Source: an uncultured bacterium (GTDB lineage: Bacteria > Chloroflexota > UBA5177 > JANWHV01). Taken from it: a stretch of 64,000 nucleotides of DNA. The stretch's first letter is position 1. Each line of letters opens with the position of its first letter. The notes beneath the pieces are model-generated. The model saw only the letters and a program-made list of their open reading frames with translations. It made no database searches and had not been told where the DNA came from. Positions 1 to 9,165 of the stretch are shown here, in pieces. Location of the stretch: positions 256,001-320,000 of the forward strand of contig CAVSOU010000007.1 in the NCBI GenBank assembly GCA_963729625.1, written 5' to 3'. The position numbers and the translations under genes were made by a program.

Positions 1-38
1 CCGTCGGCGCCGGCGCCGTCACCAAGATCGAGAAGTAG
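1..38 (+). CDS. tuf: Elongation factor Tu, C-terminal end (partial)
   Basis: Reads VGAGAVTKIEK*, the typical EF-Tu C-terminus, directly upstream of rpmG-secE-nusG. Confidence 0.85.
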   Translation, partial: VGAGAVTKIEK

Positions 39-115
39 GAGGGCTGAGCTGCCGCGCATTGGAGTTGGGCTGAAGGCCCGAGCCGGGCATGGTGGCTTTC
101 TCTCGGGAGAGGGCA

Positions 116-286
116 ATGGCAAGCGCCAAGAAAGAGAACAGAATCTTCATCGTCCTGGCTTGTACCGAATGCAAGCGCCGCAATTACACCACAACGAAGA
201 ACCGCCGGAACGATCCTGACCGGATGGAGCTGAGCAAGTACTGTAGGTGGTGCAGGTGCCACCGTTCGCATCGGGAAACGAAGTAA
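116..286 (+). CDS. rpmG: 50S ribosomal protein L33 (Zn-binding CxxC form)
   Basis: [33 protein letters not shown]; start placed at ATG 116. Confidence 0.95.
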   Translation: MASAKKENRIFIVLACTECKRRNYTTTKNRRNDPDRMELSKYCRWCRCHRSHRETK

Positions 287-517
287 ATGGCAGGTACTAC
301 GGTCAAACCAACGACCGGTACGCCGGCAACCACGCGCCAGGCCAGCTTGCTGCGCTACCTTCGCGAGTCGCGAAGTGAGCTCCGCAAGGTGAACTGGCCG
401 ACGCGCGAGCAGACAACGAATCTCACAATTGTGGTCGTCGTGGTCTGCCTGGTAATCGCGTTCTTTATGTTCGGGTTTGATACCCTATTCGCAAAGATCA
501 TTACGTCGATTGACTAG
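287..517 (+). CDS. secE: Preprotein translocase subunit SecE
   Basis: ELRKVNWPTR motif followed by one TM helix; lies between rpmG and nusG. Confidence 0.95.
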   Translation: MAGTTVKPTTGTPATTRQASLLRYLRESRSELRKVNWPTREQTTNLTIVVVVVCLVIAFFMFGFDTLFAKIITSID

Positions 518-638
518 ATCTTCGCGAGCGCAAGTCCGTGATGTGTAGTCAACGGCTATCGCAGGCGGCGTGCCACGTCGGGCCGGAGTCGAGGCCTGAC
601 AGCGTAAGCGAGGCAATCGCATCGGAGAAAGGGCTGTC

Positions 639-1184
639 GTGACCACCGAAGCATCGGTTGACGCCCGGCAATGGTTCGTGATCCACACCTACGCGGGCTA
701 TGAGAATAAGGTGAAACAGAATCTCTTGCACCGCATCCAGTCAATGGGGGTGGAAGATCGCATTTTCCGCGTCGAGATCCCGGTCGAAGATGAGATCGAG
801 ATCAAGAACGGAAAGCGCAACACGGTCCAGCGGAAACTGTACCCAGGCTATGTGCTGGTCGAGATGCTGATGGACGACAATTCCTGGTCGGTCGTACGGA
901 ATACCCCGGGCGTGACCGGGTTCGTCAGCTCCGGTACCAAAGCCGTGCCGCTGCAGGACAGCGAGGTCAAGCAGATCCTGAAGCAAATGGGTGAGGAAGC
1001 GCCGAAAGTCAAGGCGACCTTCACCAAGGGTCAGAGCGTCAAGATCATCGACGGGCCGTTCCTCGAGTTTATCGGCGTGATCGATGAAGTGAGCCCCGAC
1101 CGCAACAAGCTCAAGGTTCTTGTAAGCATGTTTGGCCGGGAAACGCCGGTCGAGTTGGATTTCCTTCAGGTCGAGAAGCTGTAA
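639..1184 (+). CDS. nusG: Transcription termination/antitermination factor NusG
   Basis: [36 protein letters not shown] domain and [12 protein letters not shown]. Confidence 0.97.
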   Translation: MTTEASVDARQWFVIHTYAGYENKVKQNLLHRIQSMGVEDRIFRVEIPVEDEIEIKNGKRNTVQRKLYPGYVLVEMLMDDNSWSVVRNTPGVTGFVSSGTKAVPLQDSEVKQILKQMGEEAPKVKATFTKGQSVKIIDGPFLEFIGVIDEVSPDRNKLKVLVSMFGRETPVELDFLQVEKL

Positions 1185-1243
1185 GTAGAGGAGGATGGGG
1201 GAAGCGAGCCCGGTCGAGGCCGGCTGGTCGCTACCCCGGTACC

Positions 1244-1669
1244 ATGGCAAAACGCGTACGAGCAATTGTGAAGCTGCAACTCCCTGCCGGCAAGGCGACC
1301 CCGGCGCCGCCGGTGGGTCCGGCGCTAGGGCAGCACGGCGTCAATATCATGGGCTTCGTTAAGGAATACAACGAGAAGACCGCCGCAAAAGCCGGCAGCA
1401 TCGTACCGGTCGAGATCACTGTCTACGAGGACCGATCGTTTACCTTCATTACGAAGACACCGCCGGCCTCGGAACTGTTGAAGAAGGCTGCCGGCATTAC
1501 GTCGGGTGCCAAGAATCCACTCAAGGACCGGGTCGGCACCATCTCCCGAGAAAAACTTCGCGAGATCGCCGAGACCAAGATGCCCGATCTCAACGCGAAC
1601 GACGTCGAGATGGCCATGCGTACGATTGCCGGCACCGCGCGGAGCATGGGCATCGAGATCACAGAGTAG
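1244..1669 (+). CDS. rplK: 50S ribosomal protein L11
   Basis: [31 protein letters not shown]. Confidence 0.98.
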   Translation: MAKRVRAIVKLQLPAGKATPAPPVGPALGQHGVNIMGFVKEYNEKTAAKAGSIVPVEITVYEDRSFTFITKTPPASELLKKAAGITSGAKNPLKDRVGTISREKLREIAETKMPDLNANDVEMAMRTIAGTARSMGIEITE

Positions 1670-1698
1670 CAGCCGGCCGGCTGTAACGCGCTGGCCTG

Positions 1699-1734
1699 CG
1701 TGGGAGGACCGTTCGCGGTCCGCTAGCGACCACA
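1699..1734 (+). promoter_or_regulatory. L1-binding autoregulatory mRNA site upstream of rplA
   Basis: GTGGGAG-(ggaccg ttcg cggtcc hairpin)-GCTAGCGACCAC just before the rplA SD; matches the layout of known L1 operator RNAs. Confidence 0.7.
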
Positions 1735-1747
1735 GGAGTAAGCACAC

Positions 1748-2455
1748 ATGGCAAAGCATGGCAAGAATTATGTAGCTGCCGCGAAGCTCGTCGATCCGAC
1801 CACTCTCTACCTACCTAAAGACGCTGTCTCACTCCTCAAGCGAACTTCGTACGTGAAGTTTGACCCCACTGTGGAACTACATTTCCGGCTTGGTGTAGAT
1901 CCTCGCCATGCCGACCAAATGGTGCGCGGCACAGCCGTCCTACCCCACGGAACCGGCAAGGTCGTCCGCATCCTGGTATTCGCCCAGGGCGACAAGGCTC
2001 GAGAGGCGGAACAGGCGGGCGCGGACTTTGTCGGCGCCGCCGATCTGGTCAAGCAGATCACCGAAGGATGGATCGGCTTCGATGTCGCAATCGCCACGCC
2101 GGATATGATGCAGGCGGTCGGCCGCCTCGGCAAGATCCTGGGACGCCGCGGCCTGATGCCAAATCCCAAGGCCGGCACCGTTACGTTCGACATCGAGCGC
2201 ACGATCCGAGAGGTACGAAGCGGGCGAGTCGAATTCCGTGTCGATCGGTCTGCCCTCGTCCACGTCCCCGTCGGCAAGCTATCCTTTGAAGAGCCGGCGA
2301 TCCTCGACAATGTCGCGGCGATGATCGACGCGCTTGTGGCTGCCAAGCCGAGCGGTGCAAAAGGACAGTACATCAAGACGATTACCCTGGCGTCGAGCAT
2401 GGGCCCTGGCATCCATCTCGACCTGAGCGCGTCCCAGTCGCTCAAGGCTAGCTAG
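1748..2455 (+). CDS. rplA: 50S ribosomal protein L1
   Basis: [44 protein letters not shown]. Confidence 0.98.
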   Translation: MAKHGKNYVAAAKLVDPTTLYLPKDAVSLLKRTSYVKFDPTVELHFRLGVDPRHADQMVRGTAVLPHGTGKVVRILVFAQGDKAREAEQAGADFVGAADLVKQITEGWIGFDVAIATPDMMQAVGRLGKILGRRGLMPNPKAGTVTFDIERTIREVRSGRVEFRVDRSALVHVPVGKLSFEEPAILDNVAAMIDALVAAKPSGAKGQYIKTITLASSMGPGIHLDLSASQSLKAS

Positions 2456-2485
2456 GACCTGACGCATCTTCAGCTCACACTCAAT

Positions 2486-2519
2486 AGAGGAAGCGGTGAG
2501 GCGCCTCACCGCTTCCTCT
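2486..2519. repeat. Perfect 34-bp palindrome downstream of rplA (terminator- or REP-like)
   Basis: agaggaagcggtgaggcgcctcaccgcttcctct equals its own reverse complement; related copy at 3769-3813. Confidence 0.75.
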
Positions 2520-2542
2520 CACCTTGTAATGCGGACGACCAG

Positions 2543-2571
2543 TTGACGAATGTCGCCCGCCCGGCTACTAT
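2543..2571 (+). promoter_or_regulatory. Sigma70-type promoter for rplJL
   Basis: TTGACG-17 bp-TACTAT upstream of the L10 leader. Confidence 0.6.
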
Positions 2572-2597
2572 TACTTCCGGCATCAACGCCGGTACTG

Positions 2598-2738
2598 TCG
2601 CTGTAGACCGCGGGCGCGCCCTTGAGGCGCTTAAACGAGCAGCCTGCCGAGGCGATGGGCGCACTGATATGGGTCGCGCGACTCCTGTCACCTCGTCCGT
2701 CTTTCTCGGCCTCAGTGATTCGCTGGGGTCTTTTTTTG
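2598..2738 (+). promoter_or_regulatory. L10 leader with downstream attenuator-like terminator
   Basis: ctgtagaccgcggg...ttaa...cctgccgagg matches the L10 leader pattern; followed by hairpin cctcag/ctgggg and a T run before rplJ. Confidence 0.8.
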
Positions 2739-2772
2739 CCTACTGATCTTGATGGAAAGGAGGATTGAGAGC

Positions 2773-3303
2773 GTGCCGACAGCGAAGAAGATAGCCGAAG
2801 TTGCTGACTTAACCAAACGGTTTCAAGGCGCGAATGCCGCGGTGCTTTTGCACTACCGCGAGCTGAAGGTTAGCGAGCTCTCCGACCTGCGGAGAAAGCT
2901 TCGACCCAGCAACATCGAAGTGAAGATCACGAAGAACACGCTGCTGCGGATAGCTACGGCCAATGCCGGCAAACCCGGCCTGGACAAGCTCTTCACCGGG
3001 CCAACTGCCATCGCCTTCATATACGGAAGCGAGCCGCAGGGCGCGAAGGCCGTGAGCGACGCCGTGAAAGCGCTTCGCAAGGAAAACGTGAAGGTCACGG
3101 GCGGCATTCTGGGTGACGTAGGACTTGACGCCGCGGGCGTCGAACGTCTCACCACGATGCGGCCACGCGAAGAACAGATCGCCACCTTGCTCGGGGCACT
3201 GCAGGCATCGGCCGGAAACCTTGCGGCGACACTCAACGGTGGCATCCAGAACCTGCTCTACGCACTTTCCGCATACGAGGACAAACTCAAGGAACAGCAA
3301 TAG
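2773..3303 (+). CDS. rplJ: 50S ribosomal protein L10
   Basis: MPTAKK start (GTG after AAGGAGG), [17 protein letters not shown]. Confidence 0.95.
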   Translation: MPTAKKIAEVADLTKRFQGANAAVLLHYRELKVSELSDLRRKLRPSNIEVKITKNTLLRIATANAGKPGLDKLFTGPTAIAFIYGSEPQGAKAVSDAVKALRKENVKVTGGILGDVGLDAAGVERLTTMRPREEQIATLLGALQASAGNLAATLNGGIQNLLYALSAYEDKLKEQQ

Positions 3304-3328
3304 TCAGTCAAGAAAGGGGTTGCACCCA

Positions 3329-3733
3329 ATGGCCAAGTTGAGCACCGAGGAGTTGGTTGACGCCATCTCCGGCCTCACCCTCCTGGAAGTGTCAGACCTG
3401 GTAAAGGCTATCGAAGACAAGTTCGGCGTCAAAGCCGCCGCTCCCGTGGCTGCCTTTGGCATGGCGCCGGTGGCCGCCGCGCCCGTAGCCGCCGAACCCG
3501 AGGCAGAGCCGACCGAGTTCACCGCCAGCCTCACAGTCGTTGGCCCGAACAAGATCAACGTGATTAAGGCCGTGCGCGAGCTCGTGCCCAGCCTCGGCCT
3601 GAAAGAGGCCAAGGATCTCGTGGACAACGCCCCCAAGCCGATTAAGGAAAACGTGAGCAAGGACGAAGCTGAGGCGGTAAAGACGAAGCTAACTGATGTC
3701 GGCGCCACAGTCACAATCGTCGCCGTAGGCTAG
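3329..3733 (+). CDS. rplL: 50S ribosomal protein L7/L12
   Basis: [45 protein letters not shown]. Confidence 0.97.
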   Translation: MAKLSTEELVDAISGLTLLEVSDLVKAIEDKFGVKAAAPVAAFGMAPVAAAPVAAEPEAEPTEFTASLTVVGPNKINVIKAVRELVPSLGLKEAKDLVDNAPKPIKENVSKDEAEAVKTKLTDVGATVTIVAVG

Positions 3734-3768
3734 GCTCCGTTCCACATCGCCGAATGTCGATGCTACAC

Positions 3769-3813
3769 GAGAAGAGCGGTGAGGCGCCGACATGGCGCCT
3801 CACCGCTCTTCTC
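3769..3813. terminator. 20-bp perfect stem-loop after rplL
   Basis: gagaagagcggtgaggcgcc-gacat-ggcgcctcaccgctcttctc. Confidence 0.7.
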
Positions 3814-3871
3814 CTGTCCATCAGGTATGCTGAAGGGCGAACACGGGACACGATTGGGAGCACGAGACACT

Positions 3872-5005
3872 ATGTCGACTGAGAGCGCGACCCAGAGCAT
3901 AGCATCTCGCCTGGCGCGGCCGGCCGTCCTGGGTATCGAGCCTTACATCTGGGAGATGTCGAACCTGGAGGTCGCGGCGCGCTACGGACTCGACGCCGCG
4001 CACGTCGTACGTTTCGATACGAACACGTCGCCGCTGCCGCCGGTTTCGTTCTCGAGTGCAATTCGCGACATAGAAGCGGTACCGTCCGTCAACGAGTACT
4101 TCGATAGCAGCTATGCCACCCTGGTGCGCGCGATAGGCCGCTACGCGGGCCTTCCAGGCGAGAATCTCGTCGTCGGCGCCGGTGCGGACGAGATTCTGCA
4201 CATCATTTCCCGGACTTTCGTCGATCCGGCTGATCATGTTGTCATCCCTCAACCTACGTATGCGATGTACCGGGTTGGCGCCCAGGAGAGTGGCGCACGC
4301 ATAACATCCGTGCCGATGAACCCTGACCTCAGTCTCGACGTGGACGCGCTAATCGAGGCAAGCGCTGGCGCAAAGCTTGTCTTTCTCTGCAACCCGAATA
4401 ACCCGACGGGCCTTCGCCTACCGACCGCCGAGGTCGAGCGCTTGGCTCGCGAGGCAGACGGCATCGTCGTCGTCGACGAGGCATACGCCGAGTTCTCAGG
4501 CGAGTCAGTGCTTCCCGCGCTGCACCGGTATCCACGTTTGGTCGTGGTGCGCACGTTCTCCAAGGCGTTCTGCCTGGCCGGGGCGCGCGTCGGCTATGCC
4601 GCGTGCTCGGCCGAGATCGCTGGACTGCTGAATCGCGTACGACCACCGCAAAGCGTGAGCTACATGAGCGTCGTAGTCGCCGAGAAAGCAGTAGGTGACG
4701 TGGCCGCGATGCGCGCGAACGTAGACGGCGTGCTTCGAGAGCGGACGATGCTCGCTGCGGCGCTAGAGGACCTCGGCCTGGCCCCCTACCCTTCGCATGC
4801 GAATTTCGTGCTTGCACGAGCATCCTCGGCGCAAATCGTGGCGCGCATGCGAGCTGCCTGCCTGCAGCACGGGCTGGTGCTGCGCACATTCGCTCCCGGC
4901 TCTCCCCTTGAGAGCTGCGTGCGCATTACCGTCCGCGCGCGTCAGGACAACGAGCGCCTTCTGGAGACCCTGCAGACGGTGCTGACAGGCCCTGCCCGGG
5001 CGTGA
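3872..5005 (+). CDS. hisC: Histidinol-phosphate aminotransferase
   Basis: GAGADE, CNPNNPTG, VDEAY, RTFSKAFCLAGARVGY (PLP lysine). Confidence 0.9.
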   Translation: MSTESATQSIASRLARPAVLGIEPYIWEMSNLEVAARYGLDAAHVVRFDTNTSPLPPVSFSSAIRDIEAVPSVNEYFDSSYATLVRAIGRYAGLPGENLVVGAGADEILHIISRTFVDPADHVVIPQPTYAMYRVGAQESGARITSVPMNPDLSLDVDALIEASAGAKLVFLCNPNNPTGLRLPTAEVERLAREADGIVVVDEAYAEFSGESVLPALHRYPRLVVVRTFSKAFCLAGARVGYAACSAEIAGLLNRVRPPQSVSYMSVVVAEKAVGDVAAMRANVDGVLRERTMLAAALEDLGLAPYPSHANFVLARASSAQIVARMRAACLQHGLVLRTFAPGSPLESCVRITVRARQDNERLLETLQTVLTGPARA

Positions 5006-5023
5006 TACTTCTTTGAAAGCTCG

Positions 5024-6298
5024 CTAGGCCGGGCGACCGATGACCTCCATGCCGAGGTACGGCTGAAGCGCCTTGGGCACGTGAATCGAGCCATCCGCCT
5101 GCTGATGATTTTCAAGCAGCGGCACCATGATGCGTGGTGAAGCGAGAGCGGTGTTATTCAGCGTGTGCACGTGGCGAACCTTGGCCGCGTCATCCCGATA
5201 TCGCAGATTTGCCCGTCGCGCCTGCCAATCGAAAAGAGCGGAGTCCGAGTGCGTTTCTCGATACCGGTTCTCGCTTGGCACCCAGCATTCAATATCGTAG
5301 CTCTTCACCTTGCCGTCGCCCATATCTCCGGTGCACACGAGCATGACACGATAGGGTAGCTCGAGGGCCTGCACGATCTCCTCCGCGTTCTGCAGCAAGC
5401 GCTCCAGCCACTCAAGCGACGTGGACGGATCGTTCTCGCAGATCACATATTGCTCGACCTTGGTGAACTGATGTACACGCATGACGCCCCGAACATCGCG
5501 CCCGAAACTGCCCGCTTCGCGTCTGAAACACGGAGAGAACGCCACCATTCTGATCGGTAGATCCGTGTAGCTGAGGATCTCGCCGGCATACATGCCGGTC
5601 ATGCTCACCTCCGCGGTGCCGACCAGGTAGAGATCGTCCTTTGGGATCTCGTAGATTTGCTCGCGGCCGGTTGGGAATTGCCCAGTGCCCACCAGAGCGG
5701 CTTCGCGCGTGAGCGCGGGCACGATCAGAGGCGTAAACCCTTTGGCAGTGATCCTGTCGAGGGCAAAACGAATCAGCGCGAACTCGAGCAATGCCCCGGC
5801 ATTGCGCAGAACGTAGCTGCGACTCCCCGCGATGCGGGTGCCGCGCGCAACATCCAGCATGTCGAGTTGCTCCATCAGCGCAACGTGGTCCTTTGGCTCG
5901 AACTCGAAATGCGTCGGCTCGCCCCAGTGTCGAATCGCAACATTCTCGTCCTCGCCGCCTCCCTCCGGGACGGATTCGTCCGGTATGTTGGGTACCCGCA
6001 GCAGCAGCGCCTGCAGCCTGTCGTCCACTACTTTCAGCTCGTTCTCGCGGCGAGATATCTCGTCGCCAAGCGCGCGGCCCTGCGCGACCATCTCCTGCTT
6101 CTGATCCGGCGTGCGCGCGTCGCGAACGCTCTTTGAGACGCGGTTCTGTTGCTCGCGTAGGTCCTGAATGGCCTGGCGCTCCGCCATGACCTCGCTATCC
6201 AATTCGAGGAGCTCATCGAGTGGGAGATCGCTGCGCTTCTTTCTTGCTGCTTCGCGAACGACCTCAGGATTCTCACGGATAAACTTCAGGTCGAGCAT
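5024..6298 (-). CDS. serS: Serine--tRNA ligase
   Basis: MLDLKFIREN start, coiled-coil arm, GTAEV, FRREAG, RVHQFTKVE, HTLNNTA. Confidence 0.97.
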   Translation of the reverse strand: MLDLKFIRENPEVVREAARKKRSDLPLDELLELDSEVMAERQAIQDLREQQNRVSKSVRDARTPDQKQEMVAQGRALGDEISRRENELKVVDDRLQALLLRVPNIPDESVPEGGGEDENVAIRHWGEPTHFEFEPKDHVALMEQLDMLDVARGTRIAGSRSYVLRNAGALLEFALIRFALDRITAKGFTPLIVPALTREAALVGTGQFPTGREQIYEIPKDDLYLVGTAEVSMTGMYAGEILSYTDLPIRMVAFSPCFRREAGSFGRDVRGVMRVHQFTKVEQYVICENDPSTSLEWLERLLQNAEEIVQALELPYRVMLVCTGDMGDGKVKSYDIECWVPSENRYRETHSDSALFDWQARRANLRYRDDAAKVRHVHTLNNTALASPRIMVPLLENHQQADGSIHVPKALQPYLGMEVIGRPA

Positions 6299-6508
6299 CT
6301 CTCTCTCTTCCTGGTTCTTACGGCGCACTTCGGCGATGCAGGAGCGCTCAAGATCATCGTGCCCACATGGCATGTATCGCTTACGACCCGGCGCCGTATA
6401 TCGATCCAGCCGCCGGTTTCAGTGTGGTTAAGTATAGCGGAAGCGGCCACCGTCCCCGCTAAATCATCGGTTACATGCCGTGCTGCTCAACTCATCCGCT
6501 TGGCGCGG

Positions 6509-6976
6509 TCAGCTCCGGTAGAGACGGTGGGTGCACACCTGGAAGCCGCGATTCCGCCAGAATGTCAGAGCGCGCGGATTATCCTCCACGACCGAGGCCG
6601 AGAGCGTCTGGGCGCCACGCCGGCGCAGCCATTGCATGCCCGAAGCAATCATATGGCTCGCGATGCCGCGACACCGGTATTCCGCCCGCACGTACACTTC
6701 CTCAAAGTGCCCGACGAGCAGCCTGGGGCGGTACCATTGCGCCTCGATTCGAAGTATCGCGAACCCGATGGGGCAGCCATCCTCTTCGGCCAGCAGCACC
6801 TTCAGCGTGCCGGCCGCCTCGGATGCAAGGCACGCGACATAGTAGTGGTCATCCCATATCTCCGCTGGATCGCAAGACGGATCGGATTCCAGCAGATACT
6901 CGTTCATCAAACGGCGCAGGATGGGAAGGTCATCCGGCAGTGCCGCGTCTCTCATTACCACCTTGCGCGCCCCCAA
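6509..6976 (-). CDS. GNAT family N-acetyltransferase
   Basis: VYVRAEYRCRGIASHMI acetyl-CoA motif A; NPRALTFWRNRGF. Confidence 0.85.
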   Translation of the reverse strand: MGARKVVMRDAALPDDLPILRRLMNEYLLESDPSCDPAEIWDDHYYVACLASEAAGTLKVLLAEEDGCPIGFAILRIEAQWYRPRLLVGHFEEVYVRAEYRCRGIASHMIASGMQWLRRRGAQTLSASVVEDNPRALTFWRNRGFQVCTHRLYRS

Positions 6977-7042
6977 TCCGGACCAGCCGTCGCCGCGACG
7001 CGACCACTACCTAGTTTATACGGTGTCGAGGTGCCTGATTAA

Positions 7043-7071
7043 TTGACACATCCCCTGAGCGTCACTATAAT
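7043..7071 (+). promoter_or_regulatory. Consensus sigma70 promoter of tRNA-Thr
   Basis: Exact TTGACA-17 bp-TATAAT. Confidence 0.85.
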
Positions 7072-7105
7072 TCCTTGCGCGGGACTCTGTTCCGCTCCGT
7101 CTTGC

Positions 7106-7181
7106 GCCGACGTAGCTCAGTTGGTAGAGCAGCTGTTTCGTAAACCGCAGGTCCGGGGTTCGAGTCCCCGCGTCGGCTCCA
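7106..7181 (+). tRNA. tRNA-Thr(CGU)
   Basis: Acceptor stem gccgacg/cgtcggc, D arm, anticodon CGT, GGTTCGAGTCC T arm, encoded CCA. Confidence 0.95.
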
Positions 7182-7188
7182 GCGTGGA

Positions 7189-7231
7189 CCGGCCCCGGCA
7201 ACAGGCGATAAGGGCCTGTTGCCGGGGCCGG
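7189..7231 (+). terminator. 18-bp stem-loop after tRNA-Thr
   Basis: ccggccccggcaacaggc-gataagg-gcctgttgccggggccgg. Confidence 0.65.
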
Positions 7232-7509
7232 CCGCTATCTTGCTCCTGTTATCGATGTGTAATGCCGTAATTCTGACCTTGTTCGCACTCTCACTCGATG
7301 ATCGCACTGTCCTGCTGCCGGCACCGCCTCTGTCGTCGGCAATGCTCGCCACCGCGACGGCCGTATGTTGATCCCCACACAGTTGGCGAGTCCTGGGTTG
7401 TTCTTCTCCAGGAAGCGGACTGGGTACTCCCCATTCCCTCTTGTCGCGAGGTGCGCGCGACCGTGATACATCGGGCCTAACGCATGTGTCGTCAATCTGT
7501 TGCCAAGCG

Positions 7510-7548
7510 ATCACATGTTTATCACTGACTTATCACAGAAGAGTCATC
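7510..7548 (+). promoter_or_regulatory. 11-bp-period direct repeats, OmpR-family-like operator
   Basis: ATCACA 7510, ATCACT 7521, ATCACA 7532, GTCATC 7543; possible -10 TACGAT at 7558. Confidence 0.5.
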
Positions 7549-7690
7549 ATCCGATTCTACGATCAGAGTGTGCTTGGCGAGACTACGAAGGTCAGCCCGG
7601 CGCGGACGACCGCAGAACGTGCGTACGCAACTACAGAGGCGAAGAATCGCAGACCGTGCGCGCGCAAGCCAAGGAAAGGATCACTCTTCT

Positions 7691-8788
7691 ATGGAGACCC
7701 AACAGACAACGGAGGGCGCTCAGATCACTGAGTCTCCCAGGACACGCGTAACACGACGTCGGTTGAGACCAGTGGCGGCGGTGGTGCTGGCAGTCGGCCT
7801 GGCAACGAGCGGCGTTGCGCTCGCGCACGGCAGCCAGTCTTCCGCGGCAACCCCTGACGCCGCTAGAAGCGTTTCGGCGGCGGCGGTGTCCAACGAATGG
7901 CAGGCCTCGTCTGCGCCGTCGTCATCGGCGAACGGCCGCTTCTCAGGCCCGATGAACGGCGGAGTTCGCGCCGGACGCTTCGGACGCGGACTGACCGTTT
8001 CGCGAATTAGCGGCAGTACGATCACCGCGACGGTACGCGGAAGCCAGACCATTACGATCACTGTCACGAGCAGCACGAAGTACACCAGGGCGGGCGCGAC
8101 TATCGCGCTGGGAGACCTCCGGCAAGGCGACCAAATTGCCGTTCAGGGCACTCGCTCCGCGCAGGGCACCGTCACGGCTACCGCAGTCGACGTGATACTC
8201 CCGCGCGAGTCGGGGGTCGTGACCGGTGTGAGCGGCTCGAATGTGACCATCACCAGTTTTGACGGAAGTATGCACACGGTGGTCTTGAGTCCAAGCACAA
8301 CGTACAAGCGAGCAGGCCACAGCGGGTCGCAATCGGATGTGACTGCAAACACGTCCATTGACGTCGTGGGCACTGCGAACGCCGATGGCTCGCTCAACGC
8401 ATTGCTCGTAAACATCCAGACGCCGCGTGTGTCGGGCCAGGTATCGACAGTGGCCGGCGGGTCGTACACGATCGCGAATCGCGCCGGAACGAGCTCCAAG
8501 ACGGTAGTCACGACGTCGAGCACTCTCTTCGTCGACATGTCGGGCGCTACGGTCAATGCCTCAACTATCGTGAAGGGCTCGGAGATCGTGGCGGAAGGCA
8601 CGCTCAGTGCCGACGGCAAGACACTGACTGCTCTGCGCATCACGGTCTTCGGTACCGCCCAGTCAGGCAGGCCTGGGCCGGGATTTGGATTCTTCGGGCG
8701 GAACGGTGGACGGTTCGGCTCAGGCAGTGGACAGCACGGCGCGTCGCCTAATGCCACTCCGGCCGCGACCGCCGGAACCGGGGTTTGA
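7691..8788 (+). CDS. Secreted protein with three DUF5666-like beta repeats
   Basis: Signal peptide (RRRLRPVAAVVLAVGLATSGVALA); three repeats of about 70 aa with pattern G.V..vsG..it......T.y.........G..i.V.G...dG.l.A..v. Confidence 0.7.
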   Translation: METQQTTEGAQITESPRTRVTRRRLRPVAAVVLAVGLATSGVALAHGSQSSAATPDAARSVSAAAVSNEWQASSAPSSSANGRFSGPMNGGVRAGRFGRGLTVSRISGSTITATVRGSQTITITVTSSTKYTRAGATIALGDLRQGDQIAVQGTRSAQGTVTATAVDVILPRESGVVTGVSGSNVTITSFDGSMHTVVLSPSTTYKRAGHSGSQSDVTANTSIDVVGTANADGSLNALLVNIQTPRVSGQVSTVAGGSYTIANRAGTSSKTVVTTSSTLFVDMSGATVNASTIVKGSEIVAEGTLSADGKTLTALRITVFGTAQSGRPGPGFGFFGRNGGRFGSGSGQHGASPNATPAATAGTGV

Positions 8789-8826
8789 CCATACGGTGAG
8801 CCGTGCTATGAACGGCCGTTTTCCCT

Positions 8827-8999
8827 AAATCCGGCAGTCATCCCAGCAGATCGGCCTGGCACAACGCGAATTCGGCTGTAGCCTCCCTCGTCTTGAATGG
8901 ATTTCTCGCATGAATCCGAAAAGGCGGGGGAGGCTTCGTCGTGCGTTGAGCGGGCGCAGCTGCAGGTCATGCACGCCGGCCTGCTGGGATAGCGGATTT
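8827..8999 (+). ncRNA. Candidate 173-nt rod-like structured RNA or inverted-repeat element
   Basis: Nested pairings aaatccg/cggattt, atcccagcag/ctgctgggat, caacgc/gcgttg, agcctccc/gggaggct, tcgtctt/aaggcgg, ggattt/gaatcc. Confidence 0.4.
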
Positions 9000-9165
9000 C
9001 GTCGCTCGCATGGTCAAGGTTCGCCCGCGGGGCATCCGTTGGGCGCCATGCCCATCGCTTTTTGTGTATGCTCCATGCTGGGTCCGCATGACTGCGCCGA
9101 GACGAGCGAGTTCCGCTTTCTACCTGTCGGCCGCAACAGATGACTCTCGCAGCGGAGATGAAGGC

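Noticed and set aside
6299-6500. T-box riboswitch upstream of serS
   Set aside because: No GGTGGxACC T-box motif or terminator found on the minus strand
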